Counted from the first letter of the stretch, positions 39,192-48,730 are shown. The stretch: 64,000 nucleotides of DNA from Solobacterium sp. (GCA_017433125.1 JAFRHT010000116.1:18398-82397), one strand, 5' to 3'. The notes: generated by a model from the sequence alone, not told the origin. Program-made: numbers and translations.

Positions 39192-40190
39192 ATGACAAAC
39201 GAAAAATGGAAGATTGCTTTCTACGGTGAAGAAGACTTTGCCGCCCGGATGAAAGGCAGTGTCACCCCCTGGCTTTACCAGAATGTGGTTTCCGGCACCA
39301 CGCTCAGCCTGGACGGTATCCGGCTGCAGTACTACTATGCCCTGAACCCGGAGCGCGGCAAGACGATCACGTTTATCCACGGCTTCGGTGAGTTCTTCGG
39401 CAAATACCACGAGGTGATGCACCTGTTCTATCAGGCCGGCTATTCCGTCTTCTTCCTGGAACTGCGGGGCTTCGGCCGTTCACAGCGTCTGGTCAGTGAC
39501 CCCGAGCTGATCCACGTGAATTCATTCAATGAATACATAGACGATGTATTTGCTTTTCAGTACCAGATTGTCCAGCCCCTGACCCGCGGGGATGTGCATA
39601 TTCTCTTCGGTCACTCCATGGGCGGATGTATATCCACCCTGTTCCTGGAGCGCTTTCCGAAGTTCTTCGACAAGGCCATCCTGTCCTCGCCGATGCTGGA
39701 ACTCGATTTCCGGACCAGCGACTGGAAACTGCAGGCCCTGTCCATGATCAGCACAGCCCCGAATCTCAATGCCAAGCCTTCCCCCAGTTTCCGCCCGTTC
39801 AACCCGAAGCCGGACTTTGCACACAGCAGCTGCGCTTCCGAACCGCGGTACATGTATCAGTTCAGCCAGCGGCTGGCCAGTGATAAGTACCACACTTCCG
39901 GCAGTTCCTACGGCTGGACCCGGGCGGCCTACGCCGCCATGCAGGAAGCCATCGCCTATGCCGGTGACATCCGCATCCCGCTGCTGATCCTGCAGGCCGA
40001 GCACGATCATCTGGTGCTGCCCGGCGGCCAGCAGCAGGTAGCACAGCGGGCCCGGAACGCCGCCATCATGAAGATTCCCGGTTCAAAGCACGAGATCTTC
40101 AACGCACTGACAGAAGCGCGGGAACTGTACTGGCAGGTGATCTTCACCTTCCTGGAAACCCCGGTCAGCGAGATCCCGGCAGCCGGATAA
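39192..40190 (+). CDS. Alpha/beta hydrolase (lysophospholipase / monoacylglycerol lipase type)
   Basis: 332 aa. FIHGFGEFFGKYHEVMHLFYQAGYSVFFLELRGFGRS, nucleophile elbow GHSMGG, C-terminal PGSKHEIF. GGAG lies 8 nt upstream of the ATG. Confidence 0.75.
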   Translation: MTNEKWKIAFYGEEDFAARMKGSVTPWLYQNVVSGTTLSLDGIRLQYYYALNPERGKTITFIHGFGEFFGKYHEVMHLFYQAGYSVFFLELRGFGRSQRLVSDPELIHVNSFNEYIDDVFAFQYQIVQPLTRGDVHILFGHSMGGCISTLFLERFPKFFDKAILSSPMLELDFRTSDWKLQALSMISTAPNLNAKPSPSFRPFNPKPDFAHSSCASEPRYMYQFSQRLASDKYHTSGSSYGWTRAAYAAMQEAIAYAGDIRIPLLILQAEHDHLVLPGGQQQVAQRARNAAIMKIPGSKHEIFNALTEARELYWQVIFTFLETPVSEIPAAG

Positions 40191-40231
40191 CAAAAAAACT
40201 GAATCTCATCGAGATTCAGTTTTCTTTCTGC

Positions 40232-40912
40232 TTACTGCTCAACAGTGACCTTGATGCCCGGGCCCATGGTTGTGGCAACTGTCATGCCCTTGATGTATGT
40301 GCCCTTGACAGTGGAAGGCTTGACTCTTACCAGCTGGTCGTACAGAGCCTTGAAGTTCTCTGCCAGCGCTTCTTCCGTGAAGGAGCACTTGCCGATCAGG
40401 ACATTGACGTTGCCGTCTCTGTCAACACGGTATTCGATCTTACCCTTCTTGATTTCCTCGATGGCCTGCGCAACGTTCATAGTAACGGTGCCGGTCTTCG
40501 GGTTCGGCATCAGGCCTCTCGGGCCCAGGAGACGGCCCAGCTTACCCAGCTGGCCCATCATATCCGGTGTCGCAACGATGATGTCGAAGTCGAGCCAGCC
40601 GCCCTGGATCTTTTCGATCATGTCAGCGCCGCCGACAAAGTCAGCACCGGCATTCCGGGCTTCCTCTTCCTTCGCACCCTGGGTAATGACCAGAACCCGT
40701 CTGGACTTACCTGTGCCGTTCGGCAGAACCATGGCACCACGGATGTTCTGATCCGCCTGACGCGGGTCAACATTCAGGAAGAAGCATGCTTCGACGGAAG
40801 CGTCGAACTTGGCAACATTGGTCTTCTTGGCCAGTGCCATTGCTTCAGTGTACGGATACAGCTGTTCACGGTTGATCAGCTTTGCTGCTTCAGCGAATTT
40901 CTTTCCAGCCAT
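40232..40912 (-). CDS. rplA: 50S ribosomal protein L1
   Basis: [11 protein letters not shown]..., [40 protein letters not shown] 40912 is preceded by GGGAGG (7-nt spacing). Confidence 0.95.
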   Translation of the reverse strand: MAGKKFAEAAKLINREQLYPYTEAMALAKKTNVAKFDASVEACFFLNVDPRQADQNIRGAMVLPNGTGKSRRVLVITQGAKEEEARNAGADFVGGADMIEKIQGGWLDFDIIVATPDMMGQLGKLGRLLGPRGLMPNPKTGTVTMNVAQAIEEIKKGKIEYRVDRDGNVNVLIGKCSFTEEALAENFKALYDQLVRVKPSTVKGTYIKGMTVATTMGPGIKVTVEQ

Positions 40913-40914
40913 GA

Positions 40915-41337
40915 TCAGCCCTCCCATCCTTCAATGGTAATGCCCATGTTGCGGGCAGTACCGGCAACGATCCGCATCGCTGCCTCAACGTCATTCGCAT
41001 TCAGGTCAGGCATCTTGTATTCGGCAATTTCCCGCAGCTGTGCTTCGGTGATCTTGCCGGCCTTGACGGTCTTCGGTGTACCGGATGCCTTGTCGATGCC
41101 GGCAGCCTTCTTCAGCAGAACAGCAGCCGGGGTTGTCTTGATGACGAATTCAAAGGACTTGTCTTCATACGCTGTGATGATAACCGGAACGATATCACCC
41201 TTGCGGTCTTTTGTCTTGTCGTTGAATTCATTGCAGAACTGCGGCATGTTGATGCCGGCAGAAGCCAGTGCCGGTCCCGGTTTTGCACCGCCGGCCGGGA
41301 ACTGAAGCTTGCAGATTTTCGCAACTCTCTTTGCCAT
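40915..41337 (-). CDS. rplK: 50S ribosomal protein L11
   Basis: [42 protein letters not shown] 41337 is preceded by AAGGAGGAAAAC. The ORF-track N-terminal extension (to 41466) is rejected. Confidence 0.95.
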   Translation of the reverse strand: MAKRVAKICKLQFPAGGAKPGPALASAGINMPQFCNEFNDKTKDRKGDIVPVIITAYEDKSFEFVIKTTPAAVLLKKAAGIDKASGTPKTVKAGKITEAQLREIAEYKMPDLNANDVEAAMRIVAGTARNMGITIEGWEG

Positions 41338-41494
41338 GTGGTTTTCCTCCTTATATAAGTATCCACATGCAGTGGTACAGCGGATGGTTGCACATCCTCC
41401 CACGCATGATACGCACACAAAAAACGTGTGCCCTATTAATATACCCGCCATTGTTCCGTCCGTCAACGGATTTTTCCTGCTTCCTGCCGAATGG

Positions 41495-41503
41495 TGCTAC
41501 AAT
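41495..41503 (+). promoter_or_regulatory. Extended -10 element (TGcTACAAT) upstream of the MATE gene
   Basis: TG at 41495-41496, TACAAT at 41498-41503. AGGAGG at 41515-41520, ATG at 41527. Confidence 0.35.
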
Positions 41504-41526
41504 TTTGCTCATACAGGAGGCATGCC

Positions 41527-42900
41527 ATGCGCGTTCAGCTGATCAGAGACAGACATTTCTACCGCCGGGTACTGACATATATGCTGCCGGTAGCCCTGCA
41601 GCAGGCCATCAACATGGGTGTCAACATGCTGGACACCATGATGCTGGGATCCTTCGGCGAGATCCAGCTGTCTGCTTCGAGTCTGGCCAATCAGTTCTAT
41701 AATTTCTTTACGATTTTCTGCATGGGCATCATCGGCGGCGCCAGTGTGCTGGCCTCGCAGTACTGGGGTGCCGGTGACAAGGACAAGGTCCGCCAGACGT
41801 TTTCCATGGCCATGCGGCTGACCCTGGTCATTTCGCTGATCTTTGCGTCCCTGACCTACCTGTTCCCGGCCCGGATCATGCGTATCTATACTTCCGAAGC
41901 CGCGGTCATTGCGCAGGGCGTGCGGTATCTGCGCATTACGGTATTCATCTTCACGATGCACGGCCTCAGCCTGGTCATGGCCAACCTGATGCGCACGGTC
42001 GGACACCCGAAACTCGGCCTGATCGTTTCGATTATTTCCTTTGTCGTCAACATCGGCGGCAACTATACATTCATTTTCGGTAAGTTCGGCATGCCCCGCA
42101 TGGAGATCGCCGGGGCGGCGCTGGGCACCCTGATTGCCCGGGCTGCCGAGTTTCTGACCACGTTTATCTTTGCCCTGAAGATCGAAAAGAAACTCAGCCT
42201 GCGCTTCCGCCATCTGCTGAAAGCACCGAGCGGTGAGTTCTACCGGAATTACTTCCGGATCGGCGCACCGGTCCTGGTCAGCGATGCGCTGCTGGGCCTG
42301 GGCGGCAATATTGTCAGTATCGTCCTTGGCCATATGGGCGCGGCCGTGGTGGCTGCCAATGCCATCTGCCAGGTCATCGACCGGCTCATGACCGTCGTCA
42401 TCTCCGGCATTTCCAACGCGTCAGGCATCATTGTCGGCCATACGATCGGCGAAGGCCATGCGGACCTGGCCCTGCGCCAGGGTGAGACATTCTATCTGCT
42501 GAGTGTTATCTTCGGGGCCGTATCTTCCGTATTCCTGCTGCTGCTCGGACCGCTGACCATCCGGATGTACAACCTGACCCCGGAAACCGTTGTCATAACC
42601 CACCAGCTGATGAAAGCCTATGCCGTGATCATCTTCTTCCAGGCCGTCCAGTCGGTCATGACAAAAGGCGTGCTGCGGGGCGGCGGGGACACGAAGTTCC
42701 TGATGATGGCCGATATCCTCTTCATGTGGATTGTCTCCATCCCGCTGGGCGCGTTTGTCGGCCTGGTGCTGCAGGGTCCGCCATGGGCAGCGATTCTCTG
42801 CCTGCGGATCGATTTCGCCATCAAATCCTTCTGGTGCATCCGGCGGCTGCTAAGCGGGAAATGGATCCACATCGTGGAAGGCGCCAGACGGACAAATTAA
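41527..42900 (+). CDS. MATE family efflux transporter
   Basis: About 457 aa, 12 TM-like segments. LPVALQQAINMGVNMLDTMMLG and GVLRGGGDTKF are MATE/NorM-type motifs. Confidence 0.85.
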   Translation: MRVQLIRDRHFYRRVLTYMLPVALQQAINMGVNMLDTMMLGSFGEIQLSASSLANQFYNFFTIFCMGIIGGASVLASQYWGAGDKDKVRQTFSMAMRLTLVISLIFASLTYLFPARIMRIYTSEAAVIAQGVRYLRITVFIFTMHGLSLVMANLMRTVGHPKLGLIVSIISFVVNIGGNYTFIFGKFGMPRMEIAGAALGTLIARAAEFLTTFIFALKIEKKLSLRFRHLLKAPSGEFYRNYFRIGAPVLVSDALLGLGGNIVSIVLGHMGAAVVAANAICQVIDRLMTVVISGISNASGIIVGHTIGEGHADLALRQGETFYLLSVIFGAVSSVFLLLLGPLTIRMYNLTPETVVITHQLMKAYAVIIFFQAVQSVMTKGVLRGGGDTKFLMMADILFMWIVSIPLGAFVGLVLQGPPWAAILCLRIDFAIKSFWCIRRLLSGKWIHIVEGARRTN

Positions 42901-42904
42901 GCAG

Positions 42905-42940
42905 ACAAAAAAGCGGGTCGGCGCCCGCTTTCGTTTTTTT
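42905..42940. terminator. Bidirectional terminator between the MATE gene and nusG
   Basis: AAAAAA, stem AGCGGG (42912-42917) / CCCGCT (42924-42929), then TTTCGTTTTTTT. Confidence 0.6.
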
Positions 42941-42950
42941 ACTGTCCTGC

Positions 42951-43529
42951 TCAGTCAGTGACTTTCTGCAGATCGTTGTAGCTGATGTCCGTCGGTGTTT
43001 CACGGCCGAACAGCATGGTCATGACATTGGCGACCTGGGTCTGGTCGTTCATGACATTGACCCGGCCTTCCATACCGCTGAACGGACCGGTGAGAATCCG
43101 GACTCTGTCGCCGACAGTGAAATCGACAACGACCCGCTGATCGGACTGGCCCATCCGCCGCAGGATGGATTCCATCTCATCCGGTGATACCGGGAACGGC
43201 TTGGCGCCGCCGCCCGAGGAACCGATAAATCCGGTTACGCCCGGGGTGTTACGGACAACATACCAGGCCTCGTCGGTCATGCGCATTTCAACAAACACAT
43301 AACCCGGAAACATGTTCCGCATTTTTTCGATCTTCTTGCCGTTCTTGATTTCAATCTCCGGCTCTTCCGCCACCAGGATCCGGAACAGATAGTCCTGGAT
43401 GCCCATGCTTTCCACACGGCGCTCCAGGTTTTCCTTAACCCGGTTCTCATGGCCGGAATACGTATTGACTACATACCAGCGTTTTTCGTTCTCTTCGTCG
43501 AGAACCACATTCGTCTTATTTTCGCTCAT
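42951..43529 (-). CDS. nusG: Transcription termination/antitermination factor NusG
   Basis: 192 aa. KRWYVVNTYSGHENRVKENLERRV and KOW motif GDRVRILTGPFSGMEGRV. Confidence 0.95.
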   Translation of the reverse strand: MSENKTNVVLDEENEKRWYVVNTYSGHENRVKENLERRVESMGIQDYLFRILVAEEPEIEIKNGKKIEKMRNMFPGYVFVEMRMTDEAWYVVRNTPGVTGFIGSSGGGAKPFPVSPDEMESILRRMGQSDQRVVVDFTVGDRVRILTGPFSGMEGRVNVMNDQTQVANVMTMLFGRETPTDISYNDLQKVTD

Positions 43530-43531
43530 AC

Positions 43532-43717
43532 TTATGCTCCAATGCCGATCACGCGCAGCAGGAATGTGACGAGAAAGTCACAGCCGATGAAAAACAGGGC
43601 GAAAAACGCCGTAAAGAGAATGACTTCAACAGATGAAAGGCGGATGTCCTTGCCCTTCGGCCAGCGAACCCGCTTGGCTTCTTTCTGAATGCCGCTCCAG
43701 CTGAATGTACGATCCAT
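43532..43717 (-). CDS. secE: Preprotein translocase subunit SecE
   Basis: 61 aa. EAKRVRWPKGKD followed by a single TM. Position between rpmG and nusG. GGAGG SD. Confidence 0.8.
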   Translation of the reverse strand: MDRTFSWSGIQKEAKRVRWPKGKDIRLSSVEVILFTAFFALFFIGCDFLVTFLLRVIGIGA

Positions 43718-43727
43718 GTCGAACCTC

Positions 43728-43880
43728 CTATTTCGTTTCCTTATGAAGGGTTTTCCGGCCGCATTTCGGACAGAACTTCATAAGTTCAAGACGCTTCGCA
43801 CTGTTTTTCCGATGTGAGGTCACATAGTTCCTGGACAGGCATTCACTGCAGACCAGAGTCACTTTGTTATCCTTTGCCAT
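43728..43880 (-). CDS. rpmG: 50S ribosomal protein L33
   Basis: Not in the ORF track (50 aa). Hand translation: [50 protein letters not shown], with the CxxC...CxxC zinc ribbon typical of L33. Confidence 0.85.
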   Translation of the reverse strand: MAKDNKVTLVCSECLSRNYVTSHRKNSAKRLELMKFCPKCGRKTLHKETK

Positions 43881-44049
43881 AATGAAAAAACTCCTTAAGT
43901 GCTCTCCTAGGATAGCATAACTCCGTTCACAGCGTCAATCTTTTACTGCTTGCGGCCCGGCATCGGCCGCCCTGCCGCAGTAATTAACCATGACCGTTTT
44001 TTTTGTTAGAATGAAAGCAGAAACCGTACCGTAACAGGAGGACAATAAT

Positions 44050-45006
44050 ATGACTACAGAAAGGAAAATTCCGTTGATCCTGGACGGGGATCCCGGTCAC
44101 GACGATGCCATTGCCTGGGTGCTGGCCGCGTCTGACCCGCGCTTTGAAATCAAAGCCATTACAGCCGTGGCCGGCAATCAGACCCTGGCCAAGGTCAGTG
44201 AAAACTGCCGGAAAATCGCCGCACTGCTGCATCTGGACATTGAAGTCGCAAAAGGCCGGGAAATACCGCTGATTGCCGATCTGATGACCGGCGGGGATTA
44301 CCATGGTGAAACCGGGCTGGACGGGGCCGAACTGCCTGCCCCGGAGCATCCGTACAGTTCCCGCGGCGCCGTCGCAGTGATGGCTGAGGTGCTGCGGCAG
44401 AGTGAAGACCCGGTCATCATTGTCGCCACCGGACCGCAGACCAACGTGGCTGCCCTGCTGCTGGCCTACCCGGAACTGAAGCCGAAAATCCGGCTGGTAT
44501 CCATCATGGGCGGCGGCCTGCGCAACGGCAACTGGACCAGCGCTGCCGAATTCAACATTCTCAATGACCCGGAAGCCGCGTATATCCTGTTCCATGCCGG
44601 TGTTCCCGTACTGATGTGCGGCCTGGATGTAACCGAACAGGCCATGATTTACCCGGCGGAATGGCAGACCTTGCGCAGTCTGCATAACCGGGTGGCGGAT
44701 ACGGTGGCCGCCTGGCTTGATTTCTTTTCCATCAAACTGAAAGAACTCGGCTGGGAGGGTGTCACCCTGCACGATCCCTGTGCCGTGCTGGCCCTGAGCC
44801 ACCCGGAAATATTCACCATGAAAGACTGTTATGTGGATGTCGTGCTGGACGGGGAATATACCCGCGGCCTGACCATGTGTGACTGGAACGGCAGGACCGG
44901 GCATGCCCCCAACTGCCGGGCCGTGCTCGGGCTGGACCGGGAAAGGTTTGTGTCACTGCTCATTGAAGCATGCCGCAGTTTCGGCGGCGGGGAGGAAAAC
45001 GCATGA
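44050..45006 (+). CDS. Nucleoside hydrolase (inosine-uridine preferring, IUNH family)
   Basis: 318 aa. IPLILDGDPGHDDAIAWVLA (DxDxxxDD-type motif), AEFNILNDPEAA. GGAGGA SD. Confidence 0.85.
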   Translation: MTTERKIPLILDGDPGHDDAIAWVLAASDPRFEIKAITAVAGNQTLAKVSENCRKIAALLHLDIEVAKGREIPLIADLMTGGDYHGETGLDGAELPAPEHPYSSRGAVAVMAEVLRQSEDPVIIVATGPQTNVAALLLAYPELKPKIRLVSIMGGGLRNGNWTSAAEFNILNDPEAAYILFHAGVPVLMCGLDVTEQAMIYPAEWQTLRSLHNRVADTVAAWLDFFSIKLKELGWEGVTLHDPCAVLALSHPEIFTMKDCYVDVVLDGEYTRGLTMCDWNGRTGHAPNCRAVLGLDRERFVSLLIEACRSFGGGEENA

Positions 45007-45935
45007 AACGGCCTGTATGGATTGACAGTGATGCCGGCATAGATGACGCGATGGCGCTCCTGCTGGCCACAAGGCTGAAAGACATTGAACTTGTTGGGGC
45101 TTCGGCAGTGGCCGGCAACGCGGTTCTGGACCGGACTTTCCGCAATGTCCGGGATGTTCTGGCCCTTGCCGGGCGCAGTGATATTCCTGTCTTCAGAGGC
45201 GCCGAAAAGCCTTGGATCGTGCCGCTGGCAACCGCCCCGGACGCGCATGGTGAAGACGGCCTTGGCGGGGCTGTGCTGCCTGCTTCCCCGGCAAAGGAAG
45301 AAACGGAAGCCGCCTGGGACAAGCTGTATGAGGCCGCCTGCCGTTATCCGCACGAACTGACGGTTGTCGCTATCGGCCCCCTGACCAATATCGCCACCGC
45401 CATCGTCACCTATCCGGATCTGGCCGGCCTGCTGAAGGAAGTGGCCATCATGGGCGGGGCAATCATCGGCGGCAACCGCACCCCGTGTGCCGAATTCAAC
45501 ATTCTCGCTGATCCGCACGCGGCCCAGTGCGTATTCAAATCCGGTATCCCGATCGCCATGTTCGGTCTGGATGTCACCCACCAGATGTCCCTTTCCGAGC
45601 AGGAAATCGAGGAGATTGCCCGGACTTCATCCGCCGGTGAGCTGCTGCGCACTGCCAATGCCTACATCATTCCGCTGTATATGCGCAACGGGCATGGCCA
45701 CCAGGTCTTCATGCATGATTCCTGTCCGGTCATGTACCTGCAGTATCCGGAACTGTTCAAAGGCAGAAAGGCCGGCGTCAACGTTGAAACCCGCTCCGGA
45801 CCGGGCATGGGCAAGACAATCAGCGACCTGTATGTATACGCGGACCAGCTGCCGCTGAAGAATGTCACCGTCATGCTGGAAGGCGACCGGGACCGCATGG
45901 CATCCCTGGTGAAAGAACTGCTGGCTGAGATCTGA
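45003..45935 (+). CDS. Nucleoside hydrolase (IUNH family), tandem paralogue
   Basis: MKRPVWIDSDAGIDDAMALLLA, AEFNILADPHAA. ATG 45003 overlaps the upstream stop (ATGA). Confidence 0.85.
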   Translation: MKRPVWIDSDAGIDDAMALLLATRLKDIELVGASAVAGNAVLDRTFRNVRDVLALAGRSDIPVFRGAEKPWIVPLATAPDAHGEDGLGGAVLPASPAKEETEAAWDKLYEAACRYPHELTVVAIGPLTNIATAIVTYPDLAGLLKEVAIMGGAIIGGNRTPCAEFNILADPHAAQCVFKSGIPIAMFGLDVTHQMSLSEQEIEEIARTSSAGELLRTANAYIIPLYMRNGHGHQVFMHDSCPVMYLQYPELFKGRKAGVNVETRSGPGMGKTISDLYVYADQLPLKNVTVMLEGDRDRMASLVKELLAEI

Positions 45936-45992
45936 ACATTGACGCTCCCGCAGTCCGGCTTCTAAAATACAATCAAAGCAGAGGAAAACAAC

Positions 45993-46970
45993 ATGGCAAA
46001 AAAATATGATATCTGTCTGGACATCGGCGGTACGAAGGTCCTCGGCGCGGTCTTTGACCAGAACCGCAAAATTATTTACCGGCTGAAGAAAAAGACCAAG
46101 GAAGGCGGCGAGTCAACCGAAAACGTCGAACAGGTCATCCTGAAGGTTGTCAAGGAAGTCATCGCCGCTTCCGGCATCAAAAAGAACGAGATCCGGGCCA
46201 TTGCGGCCGGCGCTCCCGGCGTCATCGACCAGGAGAAGGGCATTGTCCTGTTCTCCCCGAACCTGCCCTGGAAGAATTATGACATCCGTGCGGCCGTCGA
46301 AAAGGCAACCGGGATTCCGTTCTATATCGGCAACGATGTCAATGTCGGTGTCCTGGGTGAATATTACTACGGCGCTGCCAAGGGTTACCACAACGTGGTC
46401 GGCTTCTTTGTCGGCACCGGCATGGGCGGCGGCCTGATCCTTGATGACCGGCTCTACACCGGCAACAAATTCAAGGGAGCCGAATACGGTCATATGGTCA
46501 TGGATCCGGAAGGCCCGCTGTGCTCCTGCGGCCAGCGCGGCTGTCTCGAAATCTATTCTGCCAAGCGCGGCATGACTTCCTACATGCAGCAGCAGATTGC
46601 CCGGGGCCGGGCTTCCCTGATGGTTGACCACTTTGAAAACGGCACCTTCCGCAGCAAGGTCCTGAAGCGGGCCCTGCTGCAGAATGACCCGGTAGCCACG
46701 GAAGCCGTTGACAGGTCCTGCCACTACCTGGCCGTTGCGACCGGCAATATGATCAATACCTTCAGCCCGGATGTCATTGTCTACGGCGGCGGGGTCATCG
46801 AAGCCTGCGGCGACATCTTCCTTGAGAAGATTCTCCGGGAAGTGGACAGATACTGCATGCCTTCCATCCGGGATACGGTGGAACTGAAAAAAGCCGCCCT
46901 GGGGGACGACTCGATCCTCTACGGGGCCCTGTCCATGATTGAAGCGGAAACCGCCAAAAAGAAAAAGTAA
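45993..46970 (+). CDS. ROK family sugar kinase (glucokinase-like)
   Basis: 325 aa. ICLDIGGTKVLGAV, GNDVNVGVLGE, zinc motif GHMVMDPEGPLCSCGQRGCLE. Confidence 0.85.
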   Translation: MAKKYDICLDIGGTKVLGAVFDQNRKIIYRLKKKTKEGGESTENVEQVILKVVKEVIAASGIKKNEIRAIAAGAPGVIDQEKGIVLFSPNLPWKNYDIRAAVEKATGIPFYIGNDVNVGVLGEYYYGAAKGYHNVVGFFVGTGMGGGLILDDRLYTGNKFKGAEYGHMVMDPEGPLCSCGQRGCLEIYSAKRGMTSYMQQQIARGRASLMVDHFENGTFRSKVLKRALLQNDPVATEAVDRSCHYLAVATGNMINTFSPDVIVYGGGVIEACGDIFLEKILREVDRYCMPSIRDTVELKKAALGDDSILYGALSMIEAETAKKKK

Positions 46971-46980
46971 ATACAGTTAA

Positions 46981-47009
46981 GCCGCCGGTGCTGACCGGCG
47001 GCCTTTTTT
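46981..47009 (+). terminator. Intrinsic terminator after the ROK kinase gene
   Basis: GCCGCCGGT (46981-46989), loop GCTG, ACCGGCGGC (46994-47002), then CTTTTTT. Confidence 0.7.
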
Positions 47010-47614
47010 CATGTGGTCCGGTTGTGGACGGCGTTGCGGATATCCCGGCGGATCCGCTGCAGCTTGCCGCCGTAGGAGCGGGGTGACATCTTCAGCCGGC
47101 TGCCCGCTTCCTCATAACTGCAGCCGCTGAGCCACGTGTCCATGATCTTTCTGTCTTCCGGTTTCATATGTCCGACATAGTCCCGCAGGCGGTCACGAGC
47201 CAGCGTATAGTTCAGATAATAAACCGGATCGTTCATCGGATCATTCTGGGCCACTGCCCCGTAAACCTCTCCGGATTCGCCGATCTGGTCGTCCAGGTGA
47301 ACCATGCTGTACAGCGGGACCCGGCGGGGCGCGCTGTAGCGCCGCATCAGCGAATAGACTTTCCGCTGCAGCACAACCGTCAGGAAGGTCCGGAACCCGC
47401 AGGCCTGGTCTTCCCGGTAGTTTTCCATCACTTCCAGAATTGCCAGCCGGGCTTCCAGCAGGATTTCATCCCGGTACGGCTCCAGCGGCCGGAATGTCCT
47501 GACGGCACTGTTTACGATTCCTTTCAGGATAATGTCGCATTCCGAAAAAAGAGCCTTCCGGGCCCATTCATCTCCGGTTCGGCTCATGTAGATTAGTTCA
47601 TAAGGATTTTCCAT
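47009..47614 (-). CDS. sigH: Sigma-70 family RNA polymerase sigma factor (SigH-like by synteny)
   Basis: 201 aa. Region-2-like (FRTFLTVVLQRKVYSLMRR) and region-4 HTH (SYEEAGSRLKMSPRSYGGKLQRIRRDI). It follows rlmB as sigH does in Bacillus. GGGAGAG SD. Confidence 0.65.
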   Translation of the reverse strand: MENPYELIYMSRTGDEWARKALFSECDIILKGIVNSAVRTFRPLEPYRDEILLEARLAILEVMENYREDQACGFRTFLTVVLQRKVYSLMRRYSAPRRVPLYSMVHLDDQIGESGEVYGAVAQNDPMNDPVYYLNYTLARDRLRDYVGHMKPEDRKIMDTWLSGCSYEEAGSRLKMSPRSYGGKLQRIRRDIRNAVHNRTT

Positions 47615-47627
47615 GACTGCTCTCCCT

Positions 47628-48341
47628 TCAAACGGGAGAACGCGCGCTCATGATCGAATACATCAGAATGCCCGCGCTGACGGACGCATTCAGGGATTCG
47701 ATTGACCCTTTCATAGGCAGGCTGACAACATAGTCGCATTCCTCACGCAGCAGTCTGGAGATACCCTTGCCTTCGTTGCCGATCACCAGGACCGTATGGA
47801 AATCATACTTCACGGTCCGGTAATCCTGGCCGTCCATATCCGCCCCGACAATCCAGTATCCCTGCTTCTTGAGATCCTGCACCGTCCGGGTCAGATTTGT
47901 GACCGCCGCGCACTGCACCGTATCGATGGCTCCGGCAGAGACCTTGGCAACCGTCGGGGTCAGCCCGACCGCGTTGGTCTTCTTGAAGATCACACCGTCG
48001 GCGCCGACGGCATCCGCAGTCCTGAGGATCGCCCCGAGATTGTGCGGGTCTTCCAGTTCATCCAGCAGGATGATGAAGCCGTATTCCCCTTTGCGGTTAT
48101 TGACCAGGTCAGCCACCGGAACTGTTTTATACGGATCGATTTCCACGACAACACCCTGATGACGGTCCGTGCCGGCCAGTTTGTTCAGACTCCTCCGGTC
48201 AGTGTGCTCCACCCGGATATTGTGCTTCCGGCACATGGCTTCCAGTTCCCGGTCCGTCCCGGCAAGATATACCCTGTGGACCTTCCGTGGATCTGTCAGC
48301 AGCTGCTTTGCGACATTTCTCCCGTACATCAATTGTGTCAT
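47628..48341 (-). CDS. rlmB: 23S rRNA (guanosine-2'-O)-methyltransferase RlmB (SpoU/TrmH family)
   Basis: 237 aa. LLDELEDPHNLGAILRTADAVGADGVIF, LVIGNEGKGISRLL, SLNASVSAGILMY. Confidence 0.85.
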   Translation of the reverse strand: MTQLMYGRNVAKQLLTDPRKVHRVYLAGTDRELEAMCRKHNIRVEHTDRRSLNKLAGTDRHQGVVVEIDPYKTVPVADLVNNRKGEYGFIILLDELEDPHNLGAILRTADAVGADGVIFKKTNAVGLTPTVAKVSAGAIDTVQCAAVTNLTRTVQDLKKQGYWIVGADMDGQDYRTVKYDFHTVLVIGNEGKGISRLLREECDYVVSLPMKGSIESLNASVSAGILMYSIMSARSPV

Positions 48342-48730
48342 GAACTGACCTCCTTCAGTGTCCTGACTTTATCCCATACCGTCAGTAATCTGTCCCGTTC
48401 CTGTTCCAGATCGAGCGCCCCGATAATTGCCTCAAAGCCGGTGGCCTGGCGGTAAACCTGCACCGGGGTATTCTTCGGCACCGAGCCGGCTGTACTGTTG
48501 CGGCCCCGCCGGTACCAGCCCTCTTCCGCTTCGGTCCAGAAGCCTTCCTCATGAAGCCGGCGGTAGAATTCCGCCTGGGCTGTGGCACTGACATAAGTGA
48601 CGGCCAGGGCCTGGAGCCTGTCCCCCCTGCCCTGACCGCTTTCAATCAGATATCTGCGCACCAGCAGTGACCAGACCGCATCTCCGAGAAACGCCAGGGT
48701 GCGGCCGGAACACGCATCGGCATTCATCAT
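48338..48730 (-). CDS. mrnC: Mini-ribonuclease 3
   Basis: 130 aa. LAFLGDAVWSLLVRRYL and ATGFEAIIGAL (RNase III signature remnants). Position between cysS and rlmB; 4-nt overlaps on both sides. Confidence 0.8.
   Translation of the reverse strand: MMNADACSGRTLAFLGDAVWSLLVRRYLIESGQGRGDRLQALAVTYVSATAQAEFYRRLHEEGFWTEAEEGWYRRGRNSTAGSVPKNTPVQVYRQATGFEAIIGALDLEQERDRLLTVWDKVRTLKEVSS

Noticed and set aside
41338-41466. 43-codon N-terminal extension of rplK
   Set aside because: L11 homology starts at MAKRVAK (ATG 41337), which has a perfect AAGGAGG SD. The extension is Cys-rich nonsense.
41338-41494. Possible L1/L11-operon regulatory leader upstream of rplK (includes small hairpin GCACAC/GTGTGC at about 41411..41430)
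   Set aside because: I could not match it to a known leader structure by eye. The hairpin loop is the T-run itself, so it is not a terminator. Evidence is insufficient to annotate.
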